A DNA stretch of 63,872 nucleotides, filler included, from Blastocystis sp. subtype 4 (GCF_000743755.1; 4 parts of 4 records of this genome joined end to end with filler, not necessarily neighbours in it), one strand, 5' to 3'. Positions 1 through 13,548 are shown, counted from the whole stretch's first letter. Notes: a model not told the origin generated them from the sequence alone. Program-made: numbers and translations.

Positions 1-311
1 CAGGAGCTTCAGTAGGAACTTCAACAGGCACTATAAAATCAAAAGAGGAAGACACAAACCACCTTCAGACATTTCTAGTTCTTTAGGGCGAATGAATTGT
101 GAAAGAAAGGTCACTGGAGTTTGGGGTATTATATCCATAGAGGACCCAAAATCTGTGTGAAACTAAAAGAGTATTTGGATCCTTTTATCTCCATAAGACA
201 TCACCCATTCTCACTTATTCATCTTCCTTTCCGTTGTTTGCAATAGAATAACGGGTAGTTCACATTGAGTCCTTGGAGGTGATTGCAACAAAATAGAAAA
301 CAATTGTAGCG

Positions 312-896
312 ATGGAAGTCGATGATAGTTCATATATGACAATGGCAATCGAAGAAGTACAACAATGGATTATTTGATAGGTAGGCCCAATGTGCCTTTC
401 GTGAAAATGAAGTACCAATTGGATGTGTATTTGTGAAAGATGGGCAGGTCATAGCAAAGGGTCATAACAAAACGAACGCTACTGGTAATGTTAGAGTTGT
501 TTTCCGATCTCATCTTTAGGCAACGTTGCATGCAGAGATCGTTGCAATTTCAGAGGCTCTTCATTCTAATGGGAACGATCCCTCGTTGTTTCTTCAAAGT
601 ACATTGTATGTCACTTAATCGAGGTATTGACTCCAGATATGTAACCATTGAACCTTGTATTATGTGTGCATCGGCGATTGCTCAACTGGGAATAAAGAGA
701 GCCGTTTTTGGTGCTTCCAATGACCGATTTGGTGGTTGTGGATCTGTGCTGTCACTAAATCTGGATAAGGGGAAAGTAGTATATGAAGTGACTCGAGGTG
801 TATTTCAAGATAAAACAATTCATCTGCTGCAATGCTTTTATGATCGAGAGAACCAGTATGCTCCTGATGAAAAACGACGGAGGAAGAACAAAGGAT
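312..896 (+). CDS. TAD2: tRNA-specific adenosine deaminase catalytic subunit (ADAT2/Tad2), spliced; stop probably created by polyadenylation at T896
   Basis: Spliced translation MEVDDSSYMTMAIEE|AQCAFRENEVPIGCVFV...GHNKTN..N|ATLHAE...YVTIEPCIMC..VFGASNDRFGGCGSV has the HAE and PCxxC deaminase motifs; TGTTTGTT at 901-908. Confidence 0.9.
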
Positions 897-969
897 TGCT
901 TGTTTGTTCTTTGATCATTATCAGAGTGTATCTGAAGCCAACAAGGCAATTCATCCACTAAAAGACGGT

Positions 970-2325
970 TTATTCTTCATTTGGAGCTTTATATTGTTCC
1001 ATATGTTCTCGATCTCCCTCCATCTTATCATGCAACACATCTGGCGCTAAAAACCGTAGGGAGGACACAACAGCTTCTCGTAATGGTTTATGTTCTTTAC
1101 ATACCTACATGTGAGTGAAGAAGATGAATGGTACAGCTTCGTGGATACCTCTTCGGAACTGACATCCACCTGGAATTCCTGCAAACATGTTAAATAGGGG
1201 CTTAAGCAGTTCATTAGGGGAAAAGTATCTCGTTCCTACCTCTCAGAGTCCGAATACATTTCTACGTCCCTGTCTCTCCATTTCCTCACAGAAACTAATA
1301 TAAGCTAAGATTGTATCATATCGACTCATTGGAGGATTAGACTGGTTATAAAAGAACTGATCGACATAGTGAAACACCCAGGGAGCTTTCGTAAGAAGTC
1401 TGCCAATCATAACTCCACGAACATGTCTCCCTTTTTGACTAGTTCGTTCCAATAAGTCATTGGCCTGCTTGAGGGAAAGAACACCTCCATTGATAGAAAA
1501 GTCAAGATTAGGAAAGTCGTCTAACAACCGATAAACCCAATCATAATGAAGAGGGGGAATGCTCCTGTTCTGTTTCGTTGTTAGTCCATTAAGCAAACAT
1601 TTGCGGGCATGAATGATGAAATGCGTGGCTCCAAAACTTGAATTCTTGGGTGCAATAGGGACTTCAAGCTCTCTAAGGTCATCATCGGAAGCAGTTTCTT
1701 CCATCAACTCACCTTGACGAGCTGCTTCTCCTGAAACAATTCGAATAAACTTTTTCAATTCTTCGTATGAATCGTGATCTAGAAATGAGAGGTGTATGTA
1801 GAAGTGACTATCAACACCAATTCGGCACTTCACCGTTACTGGAATCGATAAATTCCTCTGAAGGTATTGAACGATGTCGTAGACACGCCAAGGAGATAGC
1901 ATCAAACGAGCTCCGAAACACCCCTCCGACACTTTAGGGCTTGGACACCCGCAATTTAGATTAATACCATCGTAGCCCCTCTCTTCAATCAATTTGGCAG
2001 CTTCCAAAAGTCGATACTTATTGCATCCTCCCAACTGAGCAATAATTGGATGTTCTAAGTCATCAAATCTAGTTTGGAAATAGTAAACAAATCCTTACTT
2101 TAACAAGTTCTCAACATTGGGTGCATGGAGAAGCATCTCATCAACGAACATCTCTGTATATAAGGTAGTTCTTTTTGTCATCAGCCTTACAAGATATCGC
2201 TGATATCTACAACATGATTGGTGATCCCAAAGTTCTTACTCATTTGTCACATTCAACATTGGAGCAATACTGATGCGGTCAAATGCGGATGAAGAGGCCA
2301 TTCTCCGACAAAACACTTGGAGCAT
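970..2325 (-). CDS. dusA: tRNA-dihydrouridine synthase, DusA-like, spliced, with a possible organellar presequence
   Basis: ISIAPMLNVT, QLGG, INLNCGCPSPKV..GCFGARLM, VTVKCRIGVD, IIHARK, INGG, GVMIGR motifs; N-terminus MLQVFCRRMASSS. Confidence 0.85.
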
Positions 2326-2473
2326 CAGGATATAACTGAGTGGAACAGCTCTTAGAGGGCATTCTAGTACAATTATGAATTCACCAGAGAAGCTTGAATA
2401 TCATTTCAATTCTGCGTTCGTTGCAAAGTCAACGCTTTTACATATATAATATTGACAAGACGTATACGATTGA

Positions 2474-3941
2474 ATGGAACAGTTAATCTCGGACTCTCCT
2501 TTAATCGAGTAGGATAATGAATGGGGACGTTAGCAATAGAGATGAGACGACTCTCATCCCAGTTAGTTCAAAATCTGTCGTGATTGTTGCCGGTTCTTCA
2601 TTTTCACTCCCTGTATCCGTTTATCGAACAAACTGTGTGATTCAATGGGAATTCCAATCAATAAAATATGATGTTCTATTTGGTATTTTGAAAGTCGACG
2701 AAATGGAGGAGAATGGGTCCTACGACCCAATTCTACCTCTTTCGCAGTACTCTCCAGACGAAGTACACTGTGGAAAGTTGGCCATAGAAGAACCAGGCAG
2801 GTATGTGTTGTTGTGGGACAATACACACTCATGGCTCCGTGAGAAGTCAGTAAACTTGAAGGTGGAGATGACACAAGGAACGAGAACTATGAACGAAATG
2901 ATGGATTATTCTAAGTGGGTCTGTAGGGATTCGTTGATTGTAGGAGGGTGTGGGATTATAGTTTGCTTAGAATGCAAGCTCTTAGTTCATTGAATGACCA
3001 GATTACAACTCAAGAGAAGAAACGAAGGGAGATTCAAGCTGAGCACGATCGCCTAATGAAGATAATGCAAGACAAGCAGGTAGACGTGATGAGAATGATA
3101 AATGGATAGTCGGATATGTGTAGATGCGATGAGTTAATTGCGTCCAAAGAAGAGGAATTGAATGAAGTTCAACTTCAAAAGAAGAACCATTGTCAGTTCC
3201 GAGATAGCGTGTTGCACTTGAGTCCATTCCTACTGGAGGGCGAACGGATATTTTCTCTTCTTCAGGGTGTCGACTTGCTTCGACTGTATGGTCTTATGAA
3301 TCCCTCAAGTGTAGAGCATGTGTATGTCGTGTGCTACATGAGGCAGTCTATCAGGAGGGCATTTGGAAGACGGTATTTTATCAGGAGGATCCTGAGGAAT
3401 TGGCTCCAGTCTTGCAGAATGAAGCTCTTCGTGTGAAATACCAACTTGTCAATCCGCAGCCTGTAGTACGTCCAGAGGCGATGAAAGAGGAAGTACCACA
3501 GGGTGAGCAGGTGGTTGAAAAGGAGGATCCAATAGAAGAAACAGCCAAACCAGGAGTTTCGGATACCAGTACTCAAACATCCAGTTTCAAGAAAGTGAGT
3601 TTGAAGGACTTATCTCTCCTCTACAAGATCACTGAAAGGCAGGGCTGGTATGTAAACAAGGATAGAATGTGTTATTTCATTCGTTTCAATGACTCCTCGA
3701 AGAAGGAATATGATGTGATTTTCGATGGAATTAATACAACAGATCTCGATTTGTTAATCCGTCAAGTGGGTATGCTAGTATTGTATCATCATAGACGCTA
3801 AAGAGTGCTGTATTGATACCAATGCCTGGAACGGAAGCAGGTCATTCTGGATACTACATTGATCGTTTCCGTAGAGTGTCCAAATGGAATGTGGAAGTAG
3901 ATGGTGAAAATGATCAAAAATGGAAAGAAGTGCAACTGTAA
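2474..3941 (+). CDS. GOLD-domain protein with coiled coil, spliced
   Basis: WEFQSIKYDVLFGI...PGRYVLLWDNTHSWLREKSV is GOLD-like; TAA 3939-3941 followed by TGTTTGTT. Confidence 0.6.
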
Positions 3942-4038
3942 TGTATCCTGTTTGTTTGATTCAATTTGGAAAGGGATATACTCTATTCTATCCTTTTGAT
4001 AACGTTGAAAGATTGGCTGTGTTTAGTGCTCGTATTGT

Positions 4039-5021
4039 ATGCAACTACCAACAATCTACGAAAACGTGCGTTCTGGACTTCATCGTTCTCTCTCCGTGAA
4101 TGATGCTTTGACCGATGTACTCTTTTACCTATTTCGTATCAGCTAGGCTCAACTACGAAGGAGAGGACACTCTGATCCCTTTCTAAATGTGGAATACAGC
4201 TGTTATGTCCAACCCCCAATTATCGAGAAGTGGAAATATATCAAACATATTGAACAGCCGAAGGTACTTCTAGATCAGCCCGAAGCACTGCCACCTCTAG
4301 TATACATTCGATCCAGTTGGATCGATCCAGCGGCTATTGGAGTGTTTGGGTTTGGGTTTGGTGCTCTTGTGCTCTGTTTGACATATCTGGTACCTTCGTG
4401 TATGTGTTGAAACAGTCTTTGACATAGATGAGTCAAGTGGTAGTTTTCAGTATATTATTCTCCTTCCTGGAGGACTCCAAGTATTGAGTGGATTAATCGA
4501 TGTTCAACGAGGATCATATTTTGGTTCAATTGTGTTCCTAGGGTATTGTGTTTTTTTTATCTGTCAAATAGATATGGCTTTATTGTTATAGGAAATGGTG
4601 TAACAGAGCTCATCATTTCATCCTCTAAAGGAGATAATTCGTTATCATCTCCTTTTCTGTTCGTTTCGGATATATGGTAGATGAATAGCTCCATTCACCA
4701 AGTAGTTCAATTGTGTTCTCCCTTGGAGCTCTCCTGATTGCCCTTAATATGTCAGCTGTATATTCTCTTCTTTTGCTACTTACACTGGCAGTATTCATTC
4801 TCCAGACAATTCAATTCTATCTCAAGTTTACTCCAATTCCAAGTTGAGTATTCGTTTCTGACTTAACTCTAGTCGGTGTCCTCTGGGGAATTATCGCAGT
4901 TCTTGCTACATACATCTTCCTAGGTGAGATCGTTAATACCGTGTCTGAACAACATATTATTCCTTTAGGTAACGCCATACTGGATTACAAGACATTTAAG
5001 ATGGTTAATCCATTTCATTAA
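4039..5021 (+). CDS. GPR1/FUN34/YaaH (SatP/Ady2) family acetate/succinate transporter, spliced
   Basis: DPAAIGVFGFG (cf. NPAPLGLxGF), GGLQVLSGLIDVQRGSYFGSIVFLGYG and C-terminal YIFLGEIVNTVSEQHIIPLG match the family pattern. Confidence 0.7.
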
Positions 5022-5411
5022 GAAATGGTTTTGTTTCCAAACATTTTCTGATGTGGAGTACTATTAGATACACAAAAGAAGATCCTCCACTAACACAGTA
5101 TTCACACAATCTACCGAAATGAATCATACGAATTGCACAATAACTTAAAGACACAAGGACACACGAAAGGAAGAGAAGGGGACAATCTCAATCTGATGTA
5201 GTGTAACTTTGTAGAATACGTTTCTTTCGATGTTACTATTCCGCATTTATACATGGAGGAACATTAGAATAATATTTAGCGCATTGTGTTTCAACCCTTT
5301 CAAATAAGTATAGTGGTTCAAGTGTTTCATGAAAATCAAACCAAGAAAACTACTACCAAACGAACCTCCTTGAAGACACTCAACTTTTTGTATCTTCAAG
5401 TGATCGATAAG

Positions 5412-6347
5412 ATGGCTAGTTTCATTGAACGATTTAATGACTCGATTCTGCAAGGATCGAAGAGCCTGAAGGGACCAAAAATGGCTGCTCTGACCTCGTT
5501 CGCAATTGTTGAGTTATGTAACATGTTAGAGCTATTATCCGAATTATTACCACATCCTATTTCTTGATTAGGATGTTTACAAGACATTCTACTTCTGGAT
5601 GTTCTGGTGATGACATTCACGTAAGAATAGGAATGGTTGTTAATTTATAGAACTTCAGCCTAAGATGTTTGCAGTTGATGTGGACAAGTCGAGCTAGCTC
5701 TCATGGCTGGAGTACGGTGATGAACATTTTTGGTGGGTGATATCTGGTACTCTTGAGAGTAGATTGTCTTGCTATGATCCTCATGATTTGGGTCTTTGAT
5801 GGCTTACGTACTGTTAACAAGGATAAGGATATTGGTTCTTTGATGGTTGGTTGTATGAAGCTGGCTACTCTTATCAACGTCATTACATCTCTCCTGGAAA
5901 CTGGCATGGGCAATTATGCTAGATATATTGCCGGTAGCTGGGCTCCTTCTTGGGGTAATGAGTCTCCAAATTTTGCTTAGTAGAGAATGGTAAAAGAATT
6001 AACGTGTAGTCTTGAGATCGCTCATCTTCTGGCGCAAGGTTCGTTCTCTTGGTTGTTCACTGTTGATGATTTCATCATGGTGGTCCCTTATTTCTGGGCG
6101 TACAAACTTGCTCAAGATAATGACGTATGTGTTGTATTGAAGGGTTGAAGGTTAGAAGATTCCCAAGACATATGCAATTGAGAGCTTGCTTCTTGCTGTC
6201 CTCTCTTTTATCTTCTTCTGTTTTGGAATGTACGAGCTAGTTAGCCAGGTGGCTAGAGTCTTTGAGGCTATCGTTGGTATCTGTTACATTTTGATTCGCT
6301 TCATTTGGCTCTTCCATTCATACGTCATCTTCAAGGGAATGGAATAA
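5412..6347 (+). CDS. multi-pass membrane protein of unknown function, spliced
   Basis: Several hydrophobic exons separated by short GT-AG introns; TAA 6345-6347 then TGTTTGTT. Confidence 0.6.
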
Positions 6348-6505
6348 GTTGTGTGTTTGTTAGAACAACGAAATACATATGAGTTTTTGTAGAGTCTTCT
6401 AAGAACATCCAACTATATCTTCTCCATTCAGAGTCATTATGTTCAATCACCCTTTGTTTCTCCAAACAAACAAGACAATGAAACAGAGTACAACATCACC
6501 AACGT

Positions 6506-7965
6506 TTATTGGTATCTGGCCATCCACTTCTTGTGGAAGTTGTTCATTCTCTCGACAACCTGATCAATCTCATTCATAGGAGGAAGAATGGTAGAACGGA
6601 CATGATAAGTTCCCTCCTCCTGTCCGAATCCAGAACCAGGGACACATACAACACCAGCCTCATTCAGGAGATCCATGCAATACATCAGATCAGCAGCCTT
6701 ACCCTGCTTCTTAGCAGCCTCAATAGCCTTAGGAGGCATAGTGAGTCTGAAGTAGGTGTAGAGAGCACCATCAACAGACAGACATGACACTCCATCCAGC
6801 TTGTTCAGAGCAGTTGACAGCTTCTTGGCACGGATCTTCAGAGAGTCCAGAATACCGTTCTTCTCCTTCTCAAACAGNNNNNNNNNNNNNNNGGAGGATT
6901 GATCATCACATCCATGGTGTACTGACCATCCACATTGGAGCAGCAGCAGATTGACAGCAGCTTGTACAGCTCAGCACGCACATCATCAGGGAAGTTCACC
7001 ATTTCCAGGTAACCGCCACGACGTCCGCACTCTCCCCAGTATCCCTTTGAGGTGGAGTGGAAGGACACCAGCTGGCAATCCAACTTCAGATCACACATCA
7101 CCTTCTTGAACGACACGAACTCGTCTCCAGGACGGTAGATGTTCTCCTGATACACTTCATCAGCCAGAATCACAATGTTCTCACGAGCGCAGATCTTGCA
7201 GATATCCTCAATGTTCTGACGAGAGAAGCACTTTCCAGTGGGGTTACCAGGATTCACAGCAGCAATGGCCTTCACAGTCAGACCCTTAGCGCGAGCACTC
7301 TTTATACTATCCTCAATAGCACTCACATCCAGAGCCCAATCCTTCTTCTCGTTCAGATAGTAAGGCTCATACTGACCTCCGAACACATGAATAGAAGCAG
7401 AGTACAGAGGGTACTGAGGAATAGGAATCAGAATACAGTCAGTTGGCTTGTCAATCAGCAGCTTCAACGTATCCTGAATAGCCTGAGAAGCACCATTCGT
7501 CAAGAAGATATTCTTGGGATCACTAGGATATCCGTCACGCTTCTCAATGTACTTGGCTACATCCTCACACACCTTAGGCACACCAGCAGTGTTCGAGTAA
7601 GCACCAGAACCACCAGGGTTAGCAATCAGCAGCTCCTTAGCTCTCTGCAGAGCATCAGGATGGAACATCTCAGGATGCTTCTCAGCAACCTCAGGCCACG
7701 AGGTGATACACAGAACCTCACGCAGGAAAGTAATAGGCTTCTGCTGAATAGCCTGAGGATTACCGACGTTGCAGTACAACAGAGAGTCAAACGGGAACTT
7801 CTTGCCCTTCTTCATCTCAGCATCGATCTCAATAGCGCGAATNACAACCTCTCCACGGACTGCATAATCAGCAGTACGAATCTTCTGGTTGATGTTGTCG
7901 ATCGTGATGCGAGAAGAGAAGCATCGCAGAGTGGGAATAGCAACATTCTTAGTCAGACGCAGCAT
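6506..7965 (-). CDS. ALT: alanine aminotransferase with mitochondrion-related-organelle presequence; apparently intronless, interrupted by a 15-N gap
   Basis: YAVRG, NVGNPQ, FLTNGAS, PIPQYPLYSA, NPGNPTG, ADEVYQENIY, SFHSTSKG..GECGRRGGY, VPGSGFGQ; N-terminus MLRLTKNVAIPTLRCFSS. Confidence 0.95.
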
Positions 7966-8217
7966 TGTTGTTACGGTTAAGCTAGTGGATTCAAAGAAAT
8001 CTGATAAACATAAGGCTTTTCTCTGTTTCCACTTTCCACTTCCACTTTTCCCTCTTCTCGATTTCTTGAATCTTTGTGTTTTCGTGAAAATATAGTGGAT
8101 GAGAATCCACAATAATGGTGTCAGAGAAGAACTAGAAGTTGGACTTGGTACGAGTAAGATGAGATTCCCGCGGTAGTGTACAAACAAACACAATACTAAT
8201 TACTTCACATTCACTGT

Positions 8218-10267
8218 TCAAATCATACCAGGAGTATTATCATCAGCTCCTGGTAGATCTGAGAGATAGGAGAGATCAATGCCACTATATGGACTGTCTA
8301 CATCCTCAGAAGTATCAATACATGGAGCAGATCCTATTACAACCGAAGATAGATCACATTGAGAAGAATTTAGAACGACCATATCCAAGGGATTAAATGA
8401 GTCCTTATCATTGTATTCCATCACAGGGAGTGATGAACATGGGATGCTATCAGTTTCGCAAGGGACTGCTGGTATTTCTGAAAGGTCAACGAAATCATTC
8501 ACTGCAGAAAGTCCAAGAGAATGTTTCATATTTCCAGACCCTGTGAAGTGGAGTTGTTCAGGAACAATCGAAGTTGAAGCAATCCGTAGGAGTTGATTCC
8601 AATCCTCATCTACAATCGTTTGATCATTCTTATTGAGTTGACTCGAAGTATAGAACTCCGAAATCATGAATACAATGTGACCTTTCAGAGGTCCAGTCTA
8701 ATACTTATTCCTCCTCGCCATTCAATACTAATGAATAGTTCTGCGTTAAGAAATGAATAATGTTCGTATGATGAATAAAGAGTTTGTAAGCACCTTCTTC
8801 TTGAAGTTTGGCTGAAACCATTGCAGCTACTTGAAAGTGTAATAATGAACACGAAGAATAGAATAACATACATTCTAGCAAAGCATCAATAAGTCCCTGA
8901 TCATTAGTTGAGACAAAGAGAATTACCTGTTCTGCTACTTCCACAAATTGTTCACTTGTACATGCAAGGCAATAATAACGTAATAATTCCGCAACCGCAA
9001 GAATCTTCTTTGAACACAGTATATACTACAATCACATTCTCCAAGTTCTCTCACATTCTTTCCAGTTTGCATCGATTTCATCTCCTGCACCGGAGAAGGT
9101 CTCCACGTAAGACATGATTTCAATGCATCCATATGAACCATAACTACTTGAAGTGTATCCATTTGCATTGCTGCTTGACAAACTCCTAATTGATCCCATT
9201 GAATATTATCACTCTGTTTTTTAATGATGGAATCACAGCCACCAAGGCCAAATTCATCTAAAATGAAAGTTATCGACTAGACGTACATTCTGGGTATTCC
9301 TTCCACAGTATCCGTGATAGATAAAGAAGGTTGCATCGAACAACGTTATCATTCGTTGTCTTTAGTGCATTCTTCATTACTTCTTCAACGAAGGGTTTAC
9401 TACAGAGAATGTTCACCAGGAGAGAAGAGGCACACTTTTCCTCATTTGGTCTAATTGTTACACAAAAGAGGAGTAATACAGATTTGAGAAACCACGTTGA
9501 ATGATCGACACCACATATAGCAGAGCATTATCGCATCGATCAGGATCCCGGAGGGGTTCCAAAAACAGCTTACAGAAGAAATTAGAGTCTCCCCACCAGG
9601 CTTGATTTGCTAATTATCATCAACGTGACATAACTCCTACAGTCAAGAGGAATATCGAGTAAGAATCGCCCAATATTCAAAACTACCATATCATTAAGAT
9701 GGATTGCGATATTCTTCTGAACAAAGTCTGCATGTCTAGAAAGATACTGAAACATGACTGTCGGAATTTTCCGTACGAACGACTCAATTACAGTTTGGAA
9801 TAGGCCTTCTCTCCTATACTTCAATCACCCATATAACGTAAACAGGCAACTCATAGATCGGTTAAAAAGAATCCTAAAGATAGAATCCAAAATCGAGTCC
9901 TCCTGGAATAAATCGTCGAGAATATCACTTGGCAGAATTGCACAACAACAAGATGCTAAATATGGTGCCTTATATACTACAAAGTCATCTGTCGAATCTG
10001 GATCTGTGAGAAGTATACTATACATCAAAACCAACTTCCTCTATCCACTTAAATAGGTCCTTTGCATATTTTGGCTTCGATATATAGCTCATTAGATGTG
10101 TATTCATGGAATTAATATACTCCATAAGATCATCATCGTGAAAAAGATCCATTATCGACTTTGATTCATCTACTTGACTTTTAAATTGACTGCTAACCAT
10201 GAATTCCTAGTAAAAACAAATCATACCTCGCCTCCAAGCTAACTGACATAGGTGTCCAAATCGACAT
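8218..10267 (-). CDS. SIT4-associated (SAPS/PP6 regulatory subunit)-like protein, spliced
   Basis: N-terminus MSIWTP..|SSQFKSQVD..DLFHDDDLMEYINSMNTHLMSYI and YKAPYLASCC resemble SAPS N-termini; many short introns. Confidence 0.55.
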
Positions 10268-10528
10268 GTTCTCACTTTCGTTTATATAATCCAAAGTGAT
10301 AGATTTGGAAGTACACTTATCTAATTCTAGATAATCACTTGATACGCTATTTAAACTATGGTATGGAATTCTTGATTATTCATCCCATTTCGACCACTGA
10401 ACGTTTTTTGCTCAGTTATTTGGATATAAATGGTTAATATGATTATTGTGTCTTAATGAACAATGACATATGTGAGAAACGTCTAAGAGAATGATAGTTA
10501 ATAACAAAGAAAGTACTAAAAGACCGAA

Positions 10529-11831
10529 CTAAACACTCTTGGAGCTAATGTATGCTTGCCTGAGCATTTGAGCAACACTTTCCATATTCTCATTCTTCCT
10601 AGCACTTACTGGAACGATGGGGAGTCTTGTACACTTCTTTAACGTCTCCAATCCCTCCTCAGCTCCTTCTTTGTCCATTTTGTTGGCAATAACAACCGTG
10701 GGCTTTCGTAACAATGCTTCATCATAGTGCAGCAACTCTTTTTGGATCTCTCGATACACAATATCTGGAAGAGCTGAAGAATCAGATACATCAATCACAT
10801 ACGCAAGAACTTTGGTTCGCTGAATGTGTCTCAAAAAGGATAGTCCTAGACCGCGATTATTATGAGCTCCTGAAATGATTCCAGGAATGTCAGCAACCGA
10901 TATCATCGAACCATCTGAATAGGTAATGTATCCCACTAGAGGTCGCAACGTTGTGAATGGGTATGGAGCAATCTTAGGAACCGTCTTTGTTAGCTGACTA
11001 AGGAGGGTAGATTTCCCAGCATTGGGATAACCAACTAACCCAATATCAGCCAAATGCTGCGTTTGAAGAAGTAGAGTTCGTTCTTCTCCAAAGTCTCCCT
11101 TATTGTGAAGCTCTTCATGCTAGAGATTAGGTTGATTCTGTACGACTACTCGATAGTATGTTGCTTGAAGACGTCGATCGCGGTTACTGCCCCAGTACCG
11201 AAGATTTTGACGCTTACTTCGTTCATACCACTCATGATTGCCCTCTCCCCCTTTTCCTCCATAGGCAACACAAAAAACATCGAAGTGATTCGAGAATGTG
11301 CTATCAAAGATCAACTCCTTGGTGATCTCGTCGTTCTCCTTGGATCCCATACTTTCTTTTACCAAATCATATTTCGAACCCATATGTTCATACATCTGCT
11401 GTTCAAAGGATCTAAGAATCTCTTTTGTTTGTGGAGAACCATCATGTTGCTCATTGATCATTAAATCATAAACTAATGTTCCAATAGGGATATCAATATA
11501 TAAATCTCTTCCTCCACGGCCATGTTGACACTTGCCCTTCCCATTAGACCCATTTTCTGCTTTATATACTGACTTTGGAATAATAAGTGAGTCCAAGTGC
11601 GAATTCACTCGAATATATACATTCCCACCCTTTCCTCCATTTCCACCAGTAGGAGTCATTTTTCCTGGATGAATCACTAATAATTAAAATAATCTCCAAT
11701 AACCCACTCTGAAAGGATGATACTCCTCGTCCTCCTGTTCCTCCGATTACCCTTACCGTTGTTGCATCAAAAAATGTTTGTTTCTTTGTTAGAACCTTGG
11801 TAGCAAATCGACGGACAAACGGTTGCAACAT
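10529..11831 (-). CDS. Obg/CgtA family GTPase (organellar, MTG2-like), spliced
   Basis: FFD..V.GGTGGRG, GGNGGKGGNV, ADIGLVGYPNAGKSTLL, YPFTTLRP, DIPG, NKMD, SA motifs; presequence MLQPFVRRFATK. Confidence 0.9.
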
Positions 11832-11863
11832 TATTCTGACTATTCTATCTTTAGATTGTTCAA

Positions 11864-12919
11864 ATGGGGAATTGGATATCAAAAAGACAATCCTATGATA
11901 TTGAAACATATGAGGGATGGGATAAGAGGATGCAAGACATTCTTGATGTGCACTTTGGGATTCCATATGATCTTTTAGCGTCTCGAAAAGACAGAAACTA
12001 AGCGGAAGAAGTATTTGGATCAAAAGAAATCTCTTCGACGTCTTCTCTTGTTGTGCTACATTTTGGTCATCGCTTTAATTGCTTCTACTGTTTATGTATA
12101 CAAAGGGAGGGTTTTGAATTGGATTTCAACATACTGTTTCGGGTTGGGGGTGATTGTACGATTTGTGTGATTTTTGTAACCTAAAGGTCACCTTGCACTT
12201 CTGTCATTTATTACTGCAGAGAGGAATCAATCGGCTTGATACTTCAATTGCAGATCTTCAGGTGGAGAAAACTGGACATTTGAATACTCTTATCGTTTAT
12301 TTTATATGATTTTGTTACGAATAGCGTGTGAAAGCCTGTATTCCAGACATTACTCAGTTGATGGTGAAGTATAATATCGATTCTCGCTATTTCAACACAA
12401 CAGAAGTTGAGAATCGAAACAAAGTAATCAAACAATTGTTGTCTGTGATTCGACGGCTTCTCGAGGTTCCTTTGTGTAAGGATTGCCGCTATTATTCCAA
12501 AGAAGAAGTGAATGTACTTTTATGGGATTATTTTGTAGAGAGATACGATTCTCAGCTCCATTCCACCTGCCTATCAATCTCTCTTTGAACATGTGGAGCC
12601 TCGTCACGCTGAAGATATACCAAAGCCTCTTGATGAGAAGCGTATGTGTTTTTGGATAAGTGAACTGTAGTGATGGCGATAATGGGTGAAAAGGAGGAAG
12701 AAGGATTGATTGTGAATAAGGTCTTGCTTCTGAATAACGAGGTGGAAGAAACAAAGAAAGATGATGGTGTGACTATCGAAGAGATCCATGAGGAGGAGGA
12801 CGAAGTGAAAGAGGACATGAAGGAAGCTACAAAAGGAAATGGAGGAGAAGACGTAAAGGAAGTAGTGATGGATACAAAAGAGGAATTAGATGAGGGCATT
12901 CGAATGCGACATGTAGATT
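11864..12919 (+). CDS. Lunapark-like ER membrane protein (tentative), spliced; stop probably made by polyadenylation at T12919
   Basis: MGNWIS myristoylation-like start, coiled coil, two hydrophobic segments, coiled coil, CKDC; acidic C-terminus; TGTTTGCT at 12924. Confidence 0.45.
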
Positions 12920-12944
12920 TCATTGTTTGCTCCAAAGCCACAAA

Positions 12945-13548
12945 TTACAATCGATCATCATCAGAACCATCACTAAAAGCAAGCATCCCCTTCTTGGCTG
13001 TTTTCGGAGGGGGAAGAGTCGACAATCGCTTCACACTCTTTCTTCCTTTTCCTGTTTCTATGATATTTGATTTCTTTGATTCTGTGGAATCCTTAACAGT
13101 CTTCTCTTTACTGGAATCTACATGTCAGTGGCATTCTTCAAAGCAATACCATCTTTTTTTGATTTCATCATTTGTCTAGATAATTCACGAACCATTTCAT
13201 TATTTCGGTTGGAAAGAGCATTCTTGATTTTTTCTTTTTCCTCTCTAGAATTATGAATGTATCTACCACAAATCATACTCGGTCATACGAGCAACATCTC
13301 GAGTTGGATTAGATCCTTCCTTTTCCTCCTTTTCTTCCTATATAGTTATATTGAAGAATTTGCCTTACATATTCATGTTCGATCATGGGTGTGACAAATC
13401 CATCTTCTCTTTCACTATGGACAGAAGCACGAAATACAGAATCCTTTCCCAGCATATCCTGATACGGTTGCAAGAATTTTGGGATCGTGAGTCCACATTC
13501 CAAACCAAGACTCTTGGATAGTGGCTTTCCTTTGTTTCGATCACTCAT
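12945..13548 (-). CDS. small Lys-rich hypothetical protein, spliced
   Basis: MSDRNKGKPLSK...PKFLQ start; Lys-rich last exon ending LAFSDGSDDDRL*. Confidence 0.5.

Noticed and set aside
312..2325. Adjacent tRNA-modifying genes (TAD2 and DusA) as a functional cluster
   Set aside because: Only two convergent genes, probably acting in different compartments; chance is sufficient without synteny evidence.
6790..6900. Apparent frameshift splitting ALT into two ORFs
   Set aside because: Coincides with a 15-N gap of uncertain true length.
7057..7980. 307-aa antisense ORF over alanine aminotransferase
   Set aside because: Shadow ORF expected from the strong codon bias of a highly expressed gene; no recognisable motifs.
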